Positions 16,999-26,834 of a DNA stretch of 53,324 nt are shown piece after piece (the stretch's first letter is position 1; each line of letters begins with the position of its first letter). Source of the stretch: an uncultured Bacilli bacterium (GTDB lineage: Bacteria > Bacillota_I > Bacilli_A > RF39 > UBA660); assembly GCA_934101445.1 (NCBI GenBank), contig CAKORQ010000001.1, positions 1 through 53,324 on the forward strand. Reading direction: 5' to 3'. The notes under the pieces were generated by a model. That model had not been told where the DNA came from and made no database searches. It was given only the letters and a program-made list of their open reading frames with translations. The position numbers were made by a program, and so were the translations under genes.

Positions 16999-18192
16999 TT
17001 ACCCTTTGGAAGAAGCGGTGGTTTTCAGATTCAGAATCTGAACAGCCTCCGGAAGGAGGAGCAATCCATCCACACGTTCCTTTGCCACAAAGCCTACCAT
17101 TCCATTTCCAGCAAACAGTTCATTCAGTGTCTTGAATGATCTGGCTCCACGGTCAGCAATGTTGTAATAAGAATAGTCACCAAAGGAAATCGCATTCTCC
17201 GGTGCATACGCAGAAGTACGAACCTTATACCCCGCAATCTGATCCGGTTCTCCTGCAACCAGAGAAGGCTGCCACAAATACTGACCGTTGTTGTCCTTCA
17301 GCTTACGAATCTGCGCAATAGTTTTATCATTCATAATGAAGGATGCACCCTTACGGTATGGTCTCTTCAACTTATAAATGAGGTCAAAGATATCATCTGC
17401 CTTAATATCTGCTGCCAAATTTCCTACTTTTGTCCCACCAGTCGTAGCATCAAAAACACCATAAGGTTTCCCCTTGCCATCCCCATTTAAGAAAGCATCT
17501 TCTTCGGCATTTGCAAGTGCCCTGCCAAACTGGGTAAGAATATATTTCTCCAAATCAAAAGCAGAATCATACAGGAGTTCTTCTGTTACCTTTATTGCTA
17601 CATGGAGTTTGTGGGAATCTACAAACTTCTGGTCGAAGGTAGCATCACCAAAAGTAAGGGCTCCGCCTTCCTCTACCCATAATGCGGCAGGTGTGGTAGC
17701 TGCGATATTGATTTTATGTTCTCCGGAAGTGGTAATCTTGGTAGCAAGGGCACGCATGATATTTTCTTCTTCCAGCACCTGGATCAGACGGTTATCATAC
17801 TCCACAGGTACAAGATATCCGCCATCGGCATCCACACCTTCCTGCAGGACATCCGATACTTTACGAAAATTGGTACGGAGTGCATCGACCATCGCATTCT
17901 TATAGGCTGCTCTTTCCCTGAACGGCTTTGCACTTTCCGTTTCCATCTGTGCATTCGGCTGCATGGTAATCGGTGTACTTGTTGCCTGTGCCAGTTTGTC
18001 ATCAATTGCCTGCTGACGGGCAAGACGCTCAATCTCTGCTGTCAGATTCTGAACATCTGCCTCCATTTTTTCATAAGTGGCTGCATCCTCTGCGGATACA
18101 AAACCATCTGCATTACGCTTTGCATCAAGAAAAGCTTTTGCTGTTTCCCATGCTTTTGCTCTCTTCTCTGTAAGTTCTAAAATCTTACTCAT
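16999..18192 (-). CDS. Major capsid protein, HK97 family
   Basis: 397 aa. N-terminal delta-like coiled region, then GGYLVP...; located downstream of the ClpP protease. Confidence 0.93.
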   Translation of the reverse strand: MSKILELTEKRAKAWETAKAFLDAKRNADGFVSAEDAATYEKMEADVQNLTAEIERLARQQAIDDKLAQATSTPITMQPNAQMETESAKPFRERAAYKNAMVDALRTNFRKVSDVLQEGVDADGGYLVPVEYDNRLIQVLEEENIMRALATKITTSGEHKINIAATTPAALWVEEGGALTFGDATFDQKFVDSHKLHVAIKVTEELLYDSAFDLEKYILTQFGRALANAEEDAFLNGDGKGKPYGVFDATTGGTKVGNLAADIKADDIFDLIYKLKRPYRKGASFIMNDKTIAQIRKLKDNNGQYLWQPSLVAGEPDQIAGYKVRTSAYAPENAISFGDYSYYNIADRGARSFKTLNELFAGNGMVGFVAKERVDGLLLLPEAVQILNLKTTASSKG

Positions 18193-18207
18193 GAAATAAT
18201 CCTCCTC

Positions 18208-18978
18208 TTAGTGGGATAAAAGACTGAGTCTCTTATCCAAATCTGTGATACGGACTCCCGCTTTTTCCGGTACCGTTTCGTTTACTTTTGCAATAAAGCT
18301 ATCTTCCACAGCCTTCCGGCTGAAAAGAACATCTGTCGAAGGATACACGTTCCCCAGCTTTTCAGGTATTGCATCCTTGGGGTTTTCGCCTTCTGTAGCG
18401 TCTGCTGTCTTATCAGATACAGAACTATCCTCAAACAGGATTTCATCCACAAAACCTAACTCCTTCGCTTTCTTGGCATTCATCCATGTTTCGTTTGCCA
18501 TAAGTTCAGAAATCTTTTTATGGGACAGCTTTGACTTGGCAGCATAAGCATTGATAATGGATTCCTTCACCTCATCCAACACATGAATGGCCTGTTCCAT
18601 ATCCCGTGTATTTCCGATAGCCATCATCATGGGGTCATGAATCATAAGCATTCCCACCGGACTGATGGTTACCTGATCCCCTGCCATTGCAATCACGGAT
18701 GCGGCCGAAGCAGCAAGTCCATCAATTTTTACTGTTACATTGCCCTTGTAATCACGGAGCATGTTATAAATCTGTGCTGCTGCAAATACATCTCCTCCCG
18801 GTGAGTTAATCCATACGGCAATATCCCCACTTCCACTTTCCAGTTCTTCCCTGAACATCTGTGGTGTGGTCTCATCTCCCCACCAGGTTTCATCAGAAAT
18901 TTCTCCCGACAAAAAAAGCGTCCTGGGTTCTCCCGGTACGCTCTCATCTCTGATCCAGTTCCAAAACTTTCGTTTCAT
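18208..18978 (-). CDS. ClpP-type (S14) prohead maturation protease
   Basis: INSPGGDVFAAAQIYNMLRDYKGNVTVKIDGLAASAASVIAMAGD. Confidence 0.9.
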   Translation of the reverse strand: MKRKFWNWIRDESVPGEPRTLFLSGEISDETWWGDETTPQMFREELESGSGDIAVWINSPGGDVFAAAQIYNMLRDYKGNVTVKIDGLAASAASVIAMAGDQVTISPVGMLMIHDPMMMAIGNTRDMEQAIHVLDEVKESIINAYAAKSKLSHKKISELMANETWMNAKKAKELGFVDEILFEDSSVSDKTADATEGENPKDAIPEKLGNVYPSTDVLFSRKAVEDSFIAKVNETVPEKAGVRITDLDKRLSLLSH

Positions 18979-20270
18979 GACTTTCCTCGCTTTCTACTAT
19001 TTGGTTTTTCCTGCTGATTTTCTGCATCTGTATTTTTATCCGCAAATATGCCTGCATCTCTCAGTCTGCATAAAGCGCCATTCACCAGATACAGATTTCC
19101 ACCTTCCTCATCCGGGATGGGGTTCAAATCTTCCAGTTCCCGGACATCATTGGGTGACATGAATCCGTTCTGCAGTCCTATGGAATAACCTTCCATTCTG
19201 GATTTGTAATCTCCACGAAGAAGTCCATCCACATTCAGCTTCACAAAATACGTTCCTTTTTCTCCCGGTAAAAACAATGCCTTCTGCAGGGACTGTTCCC
19301 ATCGGATTACCCACGGATCAAGCGTATATTTTACAAATTCCAACGACTGCTGCTCAATGTTATTAAAGCTGCTCTTATCCAAATCTCCTATCATATGTGG
19401 GGGAATCCGATAAAGCCTTGCTATTTCATTTAGCTGAAACTTCCTTGTTTCCAGAAACTGTGCTTCTTCCGGTGGAATACCAATCTGCTGGTATTTCATA
19501 CCTTCTTCCAATACAGCAATCTTGTGGGCATTGTTGCTGCCACGGTACACCTCGTTCCATGACTCCCGTACCCTTGCAGGGTCTTTTAAGACTCCGGGAT
19601 GTTCCAGAACGCCACCAGGATTTGCTCCATTTGCAAAAAAGGAGGCTCCATATTCCTCACAGGCAAGCGTCATCCCCACAGCATTTTTTGCCATTGCAAT
19701 CGGAGAGAAACCTTTCAGTCCATTAAACCCCAGTGCCGGAATATGCAATACTTCCTCTGGCTTTAAGATGTAGTCCTTGGTTTCTTTTAAATAAGGATTC
19801 TCGTCACTCTGTCTGGAATAGGTGTAATACAGATTGCCACGTTCATCCCGGTCTACTTCCATACGATTAGGGAGCAGAGGATACAGGGCAATCACCCTTC
19901 CTGCTCCATCCCTTATAATCTGTGCATAGGCATTCCCCCAAATCAAAAGATGGCTCATCATGGTTTCACGAAACACAAAGGATGTCATCTCCGGATTGGG
20001 TTCATCATGCAGAATTCTATATAGGGGATGATCTGTTACCATCGTCTTGCCACCATTTTCATCATATTTATACACATGAAGCGGCAGTGAGGCTATTGCC
20101 TCAGACAGTATTCTCACACAGGCATACACGGCTGTGGTCTGCATGGCTGACCGTTCATTGACCGCTTTCCCGGAAGAAGTTCTGCCAAACAAAAAAGACG
20201 GTCCCCCGCCTACTGTATTCACAGGCTTATCCCTCGCCTGTGAAAATCCAAAGAATTCTCTGATCCCCAT
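18975..20270 (-). CDS. Portal protein, HK97 family
   Basis: 431 aa, between TerL and the protease; typical HPLYRILHDEPNPEMTS block. Confidence 0.93.
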   Translation of the reverse strand: MGIREFFGFSQARDKPVNTVGGGPSFLFGRTSSGKAVNERSAMQTTAVYACVRILSEAIASLPLHVYKYDENGGKTMVTDHPLYRILHDEPNPEMTSFVFRETMMSHLLIWGNAYAQIIRDGAGRVIALYPLLPNRMEVDRDERGNLYYTYSRQSDENPYLKETKDYILKPEEVLHIPALGFNGLKGFSPIAMAKNAVGMTLACEEYGASFFANGANPGGVLEHPGVLKDPARVRESWNEVYRGSNNAHKIAVLEEGMKYQQIGIPPEEAQFLETRKFQLNEIARLYRIPPHMIGDLDKSSFNNIEQQSLEFVKYTLDPWVIRWEQSLQKALFLPGEKGTYFVKLNVDGLLRGDYKSRMEGYSIGLQNGFMSPNDVRELEDLNPIPDEEGGNLYLVNGALCRLRDAGIFADKNTDAENQQEKPNSRKRGKS

Positions 20271-20366
20271 AAATTTCTCCTATTATCTTTCCATACTGTT
20301 AAGGGCTTCCCGGATTAACAGGAAGCCCAATATCGAAACAAATATCATTTTCTTCTCCCAGATATC

Positions 20367-21968
20367 TTAAAAGACAAACAAACCTCTGGAGTCGTACACG
20401 CTTTCTGTGGAAACATTTTCGCACCGGATAGCACGGTCAAGTGCCATGATGGTTGCCACTGCTCCATCAATCTTCTCCGTGGATTTTTCCTTATCCGGTT
20501 TCACATTTCCCGCCGGGTCTGTCCGAACGAAAATATTATCCATATTCCAACGCAGTACTGGATGCCCTCCATGTGCAATCCGCTGTTCCAACGTCAGTTT
20601 CATCAATTCCTTCGTTGGTGGTGACATGGATGCAAAGCCCTGTCCAAAGGGAACTACCGTAAATCCCATACCTTCCAGATTCTGTACCATCTGGACTGCT
20701 CCCCACCTATCAAATGCTATTTCTTTTATCTGAAAACGCTCTCCCAGCTTTTCGATAAACTTTTCAATAAATCCATAATGCACCACGTTTCCTTCCGTAG
20801 TCATGATTTTCCCCTGTTTTTCCCACAAGTCATATGGGACATGATCCCTGCGAACCCTGAGCGAAAGGGTCTCTTCCGGTATCCAATAATATGGCAGTAC
20901 CTCATATTTCCCCTCTGCCTCTTCCGGTGGAAATACCAGTACAAAAGCGGTAAGGTCTGTAGTACTTGATAAATCCAGACCTCCATAGCAGATTCGTCCT
21001 TCCAATTCCCTCTCATCCACAGGAAAAGCACAGGCATCCCATTTAATCATAGGCATCCATCTAGTGGACTGTTTTACCCACTGATTCAGTCGGAGCTGCC
21101 GGAAAGAGTTTTCCTCGCTTGGGGTCTGCTTTGCAGATTCGCAGGCAGCTTTTACCTTATCCAGTCCAATCGTGATCCCAAGACTGGGATTCGCCTTTTC
21201 CCACACTTTAGGGTCTGTCCAGTCATCTTCTTCCGATGCTCCATAAATTACCGGATAAAAAGTAGCGTCTATCTTTCTGCCTTCGATGATATCCACTGCC
21301 TTCTGATGCAATTCATAACAAATGGAATTCGTATCATTTCCCGCTGTAGTTATAATAAAATGTAGTGGGTTTTTTCTTGCATCTGATGTTCCCTTAGTCA
21401 TCATGTCAAAAAACTTTCTGTCCTTTTGCACCCATAATTCATCAAAAATAAGAGCACTGACATTGATTCCCGATTTTCCGGCTACCTCAGCTGACAAGGC
21501 TTTATACGTGCTGTTGGTCGGAATATAATGAATGGTCTTTCTGCTTGGGCGGATATCGCACCTACTACTTAATGCCGGACAGAGACGCACCATATCACAG
21601 GCTACATCAAATACCAACGAACTCTGGTCACGATCTGCAGCACAGCCGTATACCTCTGCTCTCTGCTCCCCATCTGCACATAACATATATAATGCGATTG
21701 CCGCTGCAAGTTCCGACTTTCCACATTTTTTTGGAACTTCAATATAAACGGTAGTAAACTGTCTATACCCATCAGGCTTTAATATTCCAAATACATCCCG
21801 AATAATCTTTTCCTGCCAGTCGATTAATTCAAACGGCTTCTTATAAAATTCTCCTTTGGTATGCTTTAACTGCTCTATGAAAGAGACCACATAGTCTGCT
21901 TCCTCTTTATCATAATGGGAGGTTTTTGCCATGAACTTTGTCGGTGTATATTTTTTCAGTCTCCGCAA
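20367..21968 (-). CDS. terL: Terminase large subunit (Terminase_1 type)
   Basis: 533 aa. Walker A-like VPKKCGKSEL; C-terminal nuclease region. A TTG start at 21968 is preceded by GGAGAG; the alternative ATG at 21932 lacks an RBS. Confidence 0.93.
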   Translation of the reverse strand: MRRLKKYTPTKFMAKTSHYDKEEADYVVSFIEQLKHTKGEFYKKPFELIDWQEKIIRDVFGILKPDGYRQFTTVYIEVPKKCGKSELAAAIALYMLCADGEQRAEVYGCAADRDQSSLVFDVACDMVRLCPALSSRCDIRPSRKTIHYIPTNSTYKALSAEVAGKSGINVSALIFDELWVQKDRKFFDMMTKGTSDARKNPLHFIITTAGNDTNSICYELHQKAVDIIEGRKIDATFYPVIYGASEEDDWTDPKVWEKANPSLGITIGLDKVKAACESAKQTPSEENSFRQLRLNQWVKQSTRWMPMIKWDACAFPVDERELEGRICYGGLDLSSTTDLTAFVLVFPPEEAEGKYEVLPYYWIPEETLSLRVRRDHVPYDLWEKQGKIMTTEGNVVHYGFIEKFIEKLGERFQIKEIAFDRWGAVQMVQNLEGMGFTVVPFGQGFASMSPPTKELMKLTLEQRIAHGGHPVLRWNMDNIFVRTDPAGNVKPDKEKSTEKIDGAVATIMALDRAIRCENVSTESVYDSRGLFVF

Positions 21969-22027
21969 ATGACTCTCTCCTTTAACTCCACGAAAAAAGG
22001 ACTCTTAAGAGTCCTCCTTCTGTATAT

Positions 22028-22231
22028 TTACCTTTGCGTGTACCGATGAATGGCATTCAGAATCTGTTGCTGTTCCTCGGCATCCACTCCGATGCTGCAA
22101 AGAGCCTCTCTTGTCCCACAGTCGGGACAAATCTGCGTCTTTCCATCCACTCTTGAAAGTGCCGGAGCATCATGGTATCTCTGCCCACAAATGGGGCAGA
22201 GTCTAATATGTCCATTTTTTCTACTTTTCAT
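22028..22231 (-). CDS. Small zinc-ribbon protein
   Basis: CPICG...CPDCG motifs. The ATG at 22231 overlaps the GGCT stop by 11 nt. Confidence 0.5.
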   Translation of the reverse strand: MKSRKNGHIRLCPICGQRYHDAPALSRVDGKTQICPDCGTREALCSIGVDAEEQQQILNAIHRYTQR

Positions 22232-22691
22232 GGCATATCCTCCGGCTTTTTTCAATAGCATCGTACAAAATATTTTCATCAAACTGAAAAGTTTCATATC
22301 CTTCAAGGCAGGTATGGACATAAGATGGGCTTGGCATTCCTATCTGCCTGTCCTCATGCATGATGTATACATATACCTTTCGTTTCCTGACCTTTCCGGT
22401 CTTGATTCCGGTAATCGGCAGTATCATTTCTGCCTTATAATAAAAGACCGGACACCCTTCATATCGATCAAGGGCATGCTCATCTGCGTCCGTAGTTTCC
22501 CATACAGCAACTGGAACACAAGAACCTTCTTTTGGTTCTATAGTAAGGTAAGAACCTGTTTTGCTGCCCTTAAAAAGCAGTTCATAGTCTGGCACGACCG
22601 ATGTTCCAATAATTCTCGCCTGTGGGCAGCGTACCTTCATCTGCCTGATGTTTAGGTTGCTCCCATAAGCAATATAATATCTTTTCTGCAT
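22221..22691 (-). CDS. Gamma-glutamylcyclotransferase-like (GGCT/AIG2 fold) protein
   Basis: N-terminal YIAYGSNLNIRQM signature (YxAYGSNL). Confidence 0.8.
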   Translation of the reverse strand: MQKRYYIAYGSNLNIRQMKVRCPQARIIGTSVVPDYELLFKGSKTGSYLTIEPKEGSCVPVAVWETTDADEHALDRYEGCPVFYYKAEMILPITGIKTGKVRKRKVYVYIMHEDRQIGMPSPSYVHTCLEGYETFQFDENILYDAIEKSRRICHEK

Positions 22692-22773
22692 TCTGCATCC
22701 ATCCTTTCCGAAGGAAATACCCTTCTACCACCTTAAGACCGCCAAGGCGGTCAATTGATAAAGTGGCAGGAGG

Positions 22774-23718
22774 CTATTCCCTTGCTGTGCGGAATGCCGT
22801 ATCTCCTGTAAGTCGTTTCGTAAGGATGTCCCTTGCTGTTTTGAATTCATCCCCGATAAATCCGAGTCGGAGGAGCCATGTTCTCATTGCGTATTTTGGA
22901 TTTTCATTCTGCTGCGGTTTAGGACTTGCCGTTCTTATTTCCTTTGCCATCTGGCTGAGTGCGAGGCAAAGCTGAATGTATGCCTTAAGCTGTCCGGCAT
23001 GAAGTCCGTTTTTCTTTCCCTCTGCCGGAGCGTCAAATTGAAAAAGTCTGAACTCGATGGTTCCCTTTGTAAAAGTAGCATGGTAATTCAGCATATGGTA
23101 CCGGCTGTCATTGTAATGCTGTGACCTGCCGTAGTTGCAATTCTGACTTCCATACCAGATGTCTGCCAATGCTGACATGGTCTTTGGCTTTTTCTTGTTA
23201 AGATTCTCAAGAAATCTTGGATCAACTGTCCTGCAATATCTGTTCATTCTTCCTCTGTCAAGGTTTAGGGCATCTGCTATAAGGCTTTCGTGGCTTGCCA
23301 TAATGTTTGCAAGGTTTCTCATGGTCTGTGGTGTATGCCCTTTGGCTCCAATGTGAATGTGTACCCCGCAGCCCCTTGTTGCATCACTCTTTGCCCCTGC
23401 GTGTCTTAACTGCCTTACAAGTTCCTGTAAAATTTCTATGTCGGTGTAGGTAAGGATTGGTGTCACCAGCTCACATTTTTCGCTATCGCATCCGGCAATG
23501 CTTACATCCTTTTGGAATTTCCATTCCCTGCCCTGTGCATCCCATGCTGACCAAGTGTAATACCCGTTCCTTCCAGCTGTATTACCATATCTTTCTGTTC
23601 CGAAGAATCCTGCTGCCAGTTTTGCAGCCTTTTCTCTGGTAATGCTGTTCATTTCAATCTCAACCCCAATGGTCTGCTTTTTCATTTCTTCAATCTGTCT
23701 TGTAGTTTTCTCGTTCAT
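22774..23718 (-). CDS. Amidoligase_2-type (glutamine synthetase/GCS2-like) putative amidoligase
   Basis: IGVEIEMNS, CELVTPIL and GCGVHIHIG motifs. AAGGAG RBS 9 nt upstream of the ATG at 23718. The C-terminal module is shared with the 24238..24921 protein. Confidence 0.8.
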   Translation of the reverse strand: MNEKTTRQIEEMKKQTIGVEIEMNSITREKAAKLAAGFFGTERYGNTAGRNGYYTWSAWDAQGREWKFQKDVSIAGCDSEKCELVTPILTYTDIEILQELVRQLRHAGAKSDATRGCGVHIHIGAKGHTPQTMRNLANIMASHESLIADALNLDRGRMNRYCRTVDPRFLENLNKKKPKTMSALADIWYGSQNCNYGRSQHYNDSRYHMLNYHATFTKGTIEFRLFQFDAPAEGKKNGLHAGQLKAYIQLCLALSQMAKEIRTASPKPQQNENPKYAMRTWLLRLGFIGDEFKTARDILTKRLTGDTAFRTARE

Positions 23719-23842
23719 GGTATGTACTCCTTTTTGGTTGTTTTCCTTTCGGTAGTACATATATCACTCTAAAGCGCACTTATTGGAATACCGCTACTGG
23801 ACAAAGATACACAGCTTTTATTGTGTATCTTTTACCAGAAAA

Positions 23843-24238
23843 TCATTTTTCCCCATCTGTGCAGACATTTTTCTCAGAAACCAGTTCTGCTACAATCTTG
23901 GCATATCGTTCCTGCTCACTTCCCTCACAGGCGGACATTGCTTTTGTAAAGAATTCCAGCGCTTCTTTCCGGTTGTCCCACTGCTTTTCCTCTCCATAGC
24001 ATTTCACTATGACGGTATCCAGCTTCTTACAGGAGTCTTCTCCATAAACAACCCCAAGGCTTACATGATTATCCCACCTTACATGAATAGTTCCTGTATC
24101 ATCCACATCCTTGACCGTTCCTCTGGTTCCCGGCTCAATTTCCCGATAAGGGTCATCCATCGAAATAAGTTCCACCCTGTCTCCCGGTCGGTACTCATTT
24201 TTTATCTGCTCTACTATTTTTCTTGAAGGAAAGAACAT
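23843..24238 (-). CDS. DUF4314-domain protein
   Basis: PGDRVELISMDDPYREIEPGTRGTVKDVDDTGTIHVRWDN motif. TAATG overlap with the upstream gene. Confidence 0.7.
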   Translation of the reverse strand: MFFPSRKIVEQIKNEYRPGDRVELISMDDPYREIEPGTRGTVKDVDDTGTIHVRWDNHVSLGVVYGEDSCKKLDTVIVKCYGEEKQWDNRKEALEFFTKAMSACEGSEQERYAKIVAELVSEKNVCTDGEK

Positions 24239-24921
24239 TACTGCTTACCCCCTTTCCTTGTCCCTGCCTTAAATGCTGATGAACCACTCAATTTGGAAAG
24301 CAGTAGCTTTCTGTCGGCTTTGTACTCATCCCCGATAAATCCAAGTCTTAAAAGAAAGCATCGGAATGAGTATTTCTCATTTTCGTTTTCTTTCGGTTTG
24401 GCTGTAATTCTTTTCTGTTTCATTGTCATTTCACAGATTGCTGCAATAAACTTCGTGTAGGTCATTGTTTCTTCCGGTGTGGTCTTTGAAAACCAAGGGA
24501 ATGAAATGGAATCCTCATTCATTTCAAATCGCAAATCTGCAATTCCAAGGGCATCCTTTATCAGATTGCCCTTTGCCTCAAGCAGGCTTGTAAGATTTTC
24601 CACATTAACCTTGGTAAATGGAATGGTAACTGTAAGTTCCACCAAATCCTCCGTTTCTGTTTCCTCTGTGTTTCTGTTTTCTTCCCATTCTGCAGGAGTG
24701 ATTCCCGTTGCCATAACGCAGGCATCAATGATTGGTGCAACCTCATCAAGGTCATCGAAATCTCCGAATTCAAGTTCTCCATTTCTGCCTACTGTGTAAT
24801 TTCCAATCTCATATGTGCAGGATGGAACTCCAAGGTATCTTGCCTTCCCTCCTATTTCCTTTTCAATGGCTGTAACCATTGCTTTCCGGCTTTCGCCTTT
24901 CACATTAAAATGTAGTACCAT
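24238..24921 (-). CDS. Hypothetical protein ending in the ..FLLRLGFIGDEYK.. module (commonly travels with amidoligase in mobile elements)
   Basis: AGGGAGG RBS 8 nt upstream of the ATG at 24921 (MVLHFNVKGESRKAMV...). The C-terminal ~50 aa align with the amidoligase C-terminus. Confidence 0.6.
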   Translation of the reverse strand: MVLHFNVKGESRKAMVTAIEKEIGGKARYLGVPSCTYEIGNYTVGRNGELEFGDFDDLDEVAPIIDACVMATGITPAEWEENRNTEETETEDLVELTVTIPFTKVNVENLTSLLEAKGNLIKDALGIADLRFEMNEDSISFPWFSKTTPEETMTYTKFIAAICEMTMKQKRITAKPKENENEKYSFRCFLLRLGFIGDEYKADRKLLLSKLSGSSAFKAGTRKGGKQ

Positions 24922-24989
24922 GCTATGTACCTCCCTTTCTTTTGGTATGTACATATATCACTCGTACTGCATAAAATAGCAAGCTAATT

Positions 24990-26834
24990 TTATGTTATTT
25001 CTGCATAATATCTGATGCCGGAAAGCACAAATAACACATTGGGAAGAGCTACTCCATTTCCCCACATTTTATATTCTGCAGAGTCACTATGGGGATTCTG
25101 CAACCACTTCCTTATCTGTGCATCCGTTTTGGCTTTTACCGTATTTCCCACTGCTTTTGCGTAGACAGCAAAAATCTCTCTCCACCTTACAATTTCTGTC
25201 TCTGTTGGTTCCGGGATTGCAAGTCCATCACACCACCAGTCCGGAAATCCCTGCAGCCTTGCACATTCCGTAGGGGTTAGCCTGCGTACAATATAGTCCA
25301 TTTCTGTTTCGTCATTCACAATCGGAGGGTCCTTATAATCGGTAGCCACTAAGGTATTCGCACATTCCTCATTTACTTCCGTGAAAAAGGATGCCTTGGA
25401 AGAAGAATACTTTGGCTGTGCCACTCCACTTGCTCCAGCTGCTACAAGTGTAGGTTCTACTTCTTTCTCTATCTGAAAGCTGAGTCTTGCTTCATACCCC
25501 TGACTCAGGGTCGGTCTTCCAATCCCATAGGACGGCTCCCCTACAAAGTTCTCTTCCGGGTTCTTCATCATCTGACTGGATGGTCCCTTGGGACCGTCAT
25601 TCGCAGACAGCGTTGCATGAATATCTGCAAATGCAACTGCGTGTTGCTCGGTGGCATTTAAGGTATACATTACATCGGATTCCTTATAACCATCTCCCTT
25701 ATGGGATGGTCTTGTGCCATTTCCTTCTATCACGGCTATTCCACCCTGGTTGCAGGTCGGATTCCCGCCATTGGCATCCAGGCATCTTGAGGTATCTGCT
25801 TCGTAAAATCCACTGTTCGGATTCTCTGATTTCATGGCATTGCTGTTTTTGGAACACACCCCGAAAGCTCTCGGCTGGAATAATGTCTGGTCATTATTGG
25901 TACTGAGTGTTGCCGACAGGTCCTCCTGTATTAAAGCTCCTTTTCCTCCACCCTTACATCCACACCGAATTTTTAATGTCTTCGGTGTCTGCAATACAAA
26001 CGGCTGATTATTTCCACCTGTACCATAGGTAGACGAAACCGTCTGTGCAACCGAAAGTGGTCCCCGGTATCTCGTATCCTGTGAATGGTTCTCAAACATT
26101 ATGCCGTCTGCTTCGCCTGTTTCTCCAATGCTTTCTGCAACACGACAGGCAGTACTTTGCCACGACTTGAAGCCCTGCGCAGAATACCCAGACAGGCCTT
26201 CTGACTCAAATAATATTTTTCCGGCACTCCATCCATCAAAATCTGCGACAAGGTAGATTCGTTGTCTTCTCTGGGGAACACCCCAATACTGAGCATCGAA
26301 GAGTCTCCATGCGACACTGAAACTGTCTCCCATGATGCGTCCTGCATTTTCCCATTTTGAAGGTTTAGGAACAGACACCTGCTCTTCTTTGACTTTGCAG
26401 ATTTCAGTAAGAACTGCCTTGAAGTCCTCTCCCTTGTTGGAAGAGAATGTTCCGGGGACGTTTTCCCAGACAATGTATCTTGGGTATTTTCCATTGGTAG
26501 CCTCCCTCATCTCTTTAATAATTCTGATTGCTTCATAAAAAAGACTGGAACGATTACCATCCAGTCCCTCCCTTTTCCCTGCCACGCTCATGTCCTGACA
26601 GGGACTTCCAAAAGTAATAATATTTACAGGCTCCAGTTCCGAACCCTTAAGTGTGGAAATATCCCCATAATGCTTCATGTCCGGAAACCTTACTGTAGTA
26701 ACTCTTACTGGGAACGGCTCAATCTCCGACGCCCATAAGGGTGTGATACCGGACAAAGCCCCTCCCAATGGAAAACCCCCGGAACCGTCAAAAAGGCTGC
26801 CGAGGGTTAAACATTCCTTATTCTGTTGTCCCAT
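24990..26834 (-). CDS. DNA (cytosine-5)-methyltransferase with an unusually long variable region
   Basis: Motif I FDGSGGF, IV GSPCQDMS, VI ENVPG, VIII QRRQRIYLV, IX RRLTPTECARLQGFP, X GNGVALP. About 320 aa lie between motifs VIII and IX. GGAGG is 6 nt before the ATG at 26834; the ORF-track start at 26840 abuts the RBS. Confidence 0.93.
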   Translation of the reverse strand: MGQQNKECLTLGSLFDGSGGFPLGGALSGITPLWASEIEPFPVRVTTVRFPDMKHYGDISTLKGSELEPVNIITFGSPCQDMSVAGKREGLDGNRSSLFYEAIRIIKEMREATNGKYPRYIVWENVPGTFSSNKGEDFKAVLTEICKVKEEQVSVPKPSKWENAGRIMGDSFSVAWRLFDAQYWGVPQRRQRIYLVADFDGWSAGKILFESEGLSGYSAQGFKSWQSTACRVAESIGETGEADGIMFENHSQDTRYRGPLSVAQTVSSTYGTGGNNQPFVLQTPKTLKIRCGCKGGGKGALIQEDLSATLSTNNDQTLFQPRAFGVCSKNSNAMKSENPNSGFYEADTSRCLDANGGNPTCNQGGIAVIEGNGTRPSHKGDGYKESDVMYTLNATEQHAVAFADIHATLSANDGPKGPSSQMMKNPEENFVGEPSYGIGRPTLSQGYEARLSFQIEKEVEPTLVAAGASGVAQPKYSSSKASFFTEVNEECANTLVATDYKDPPIVNDETEMDYIVRRLTPTECARLQGFPDWWCDGLAIPEPTETEIVRWREIFAVYAKAVGNTVKAKTDAQIRKWLQNPHSDSAEYKMWGNGVALPNVLFVLSGIRYYAEIT

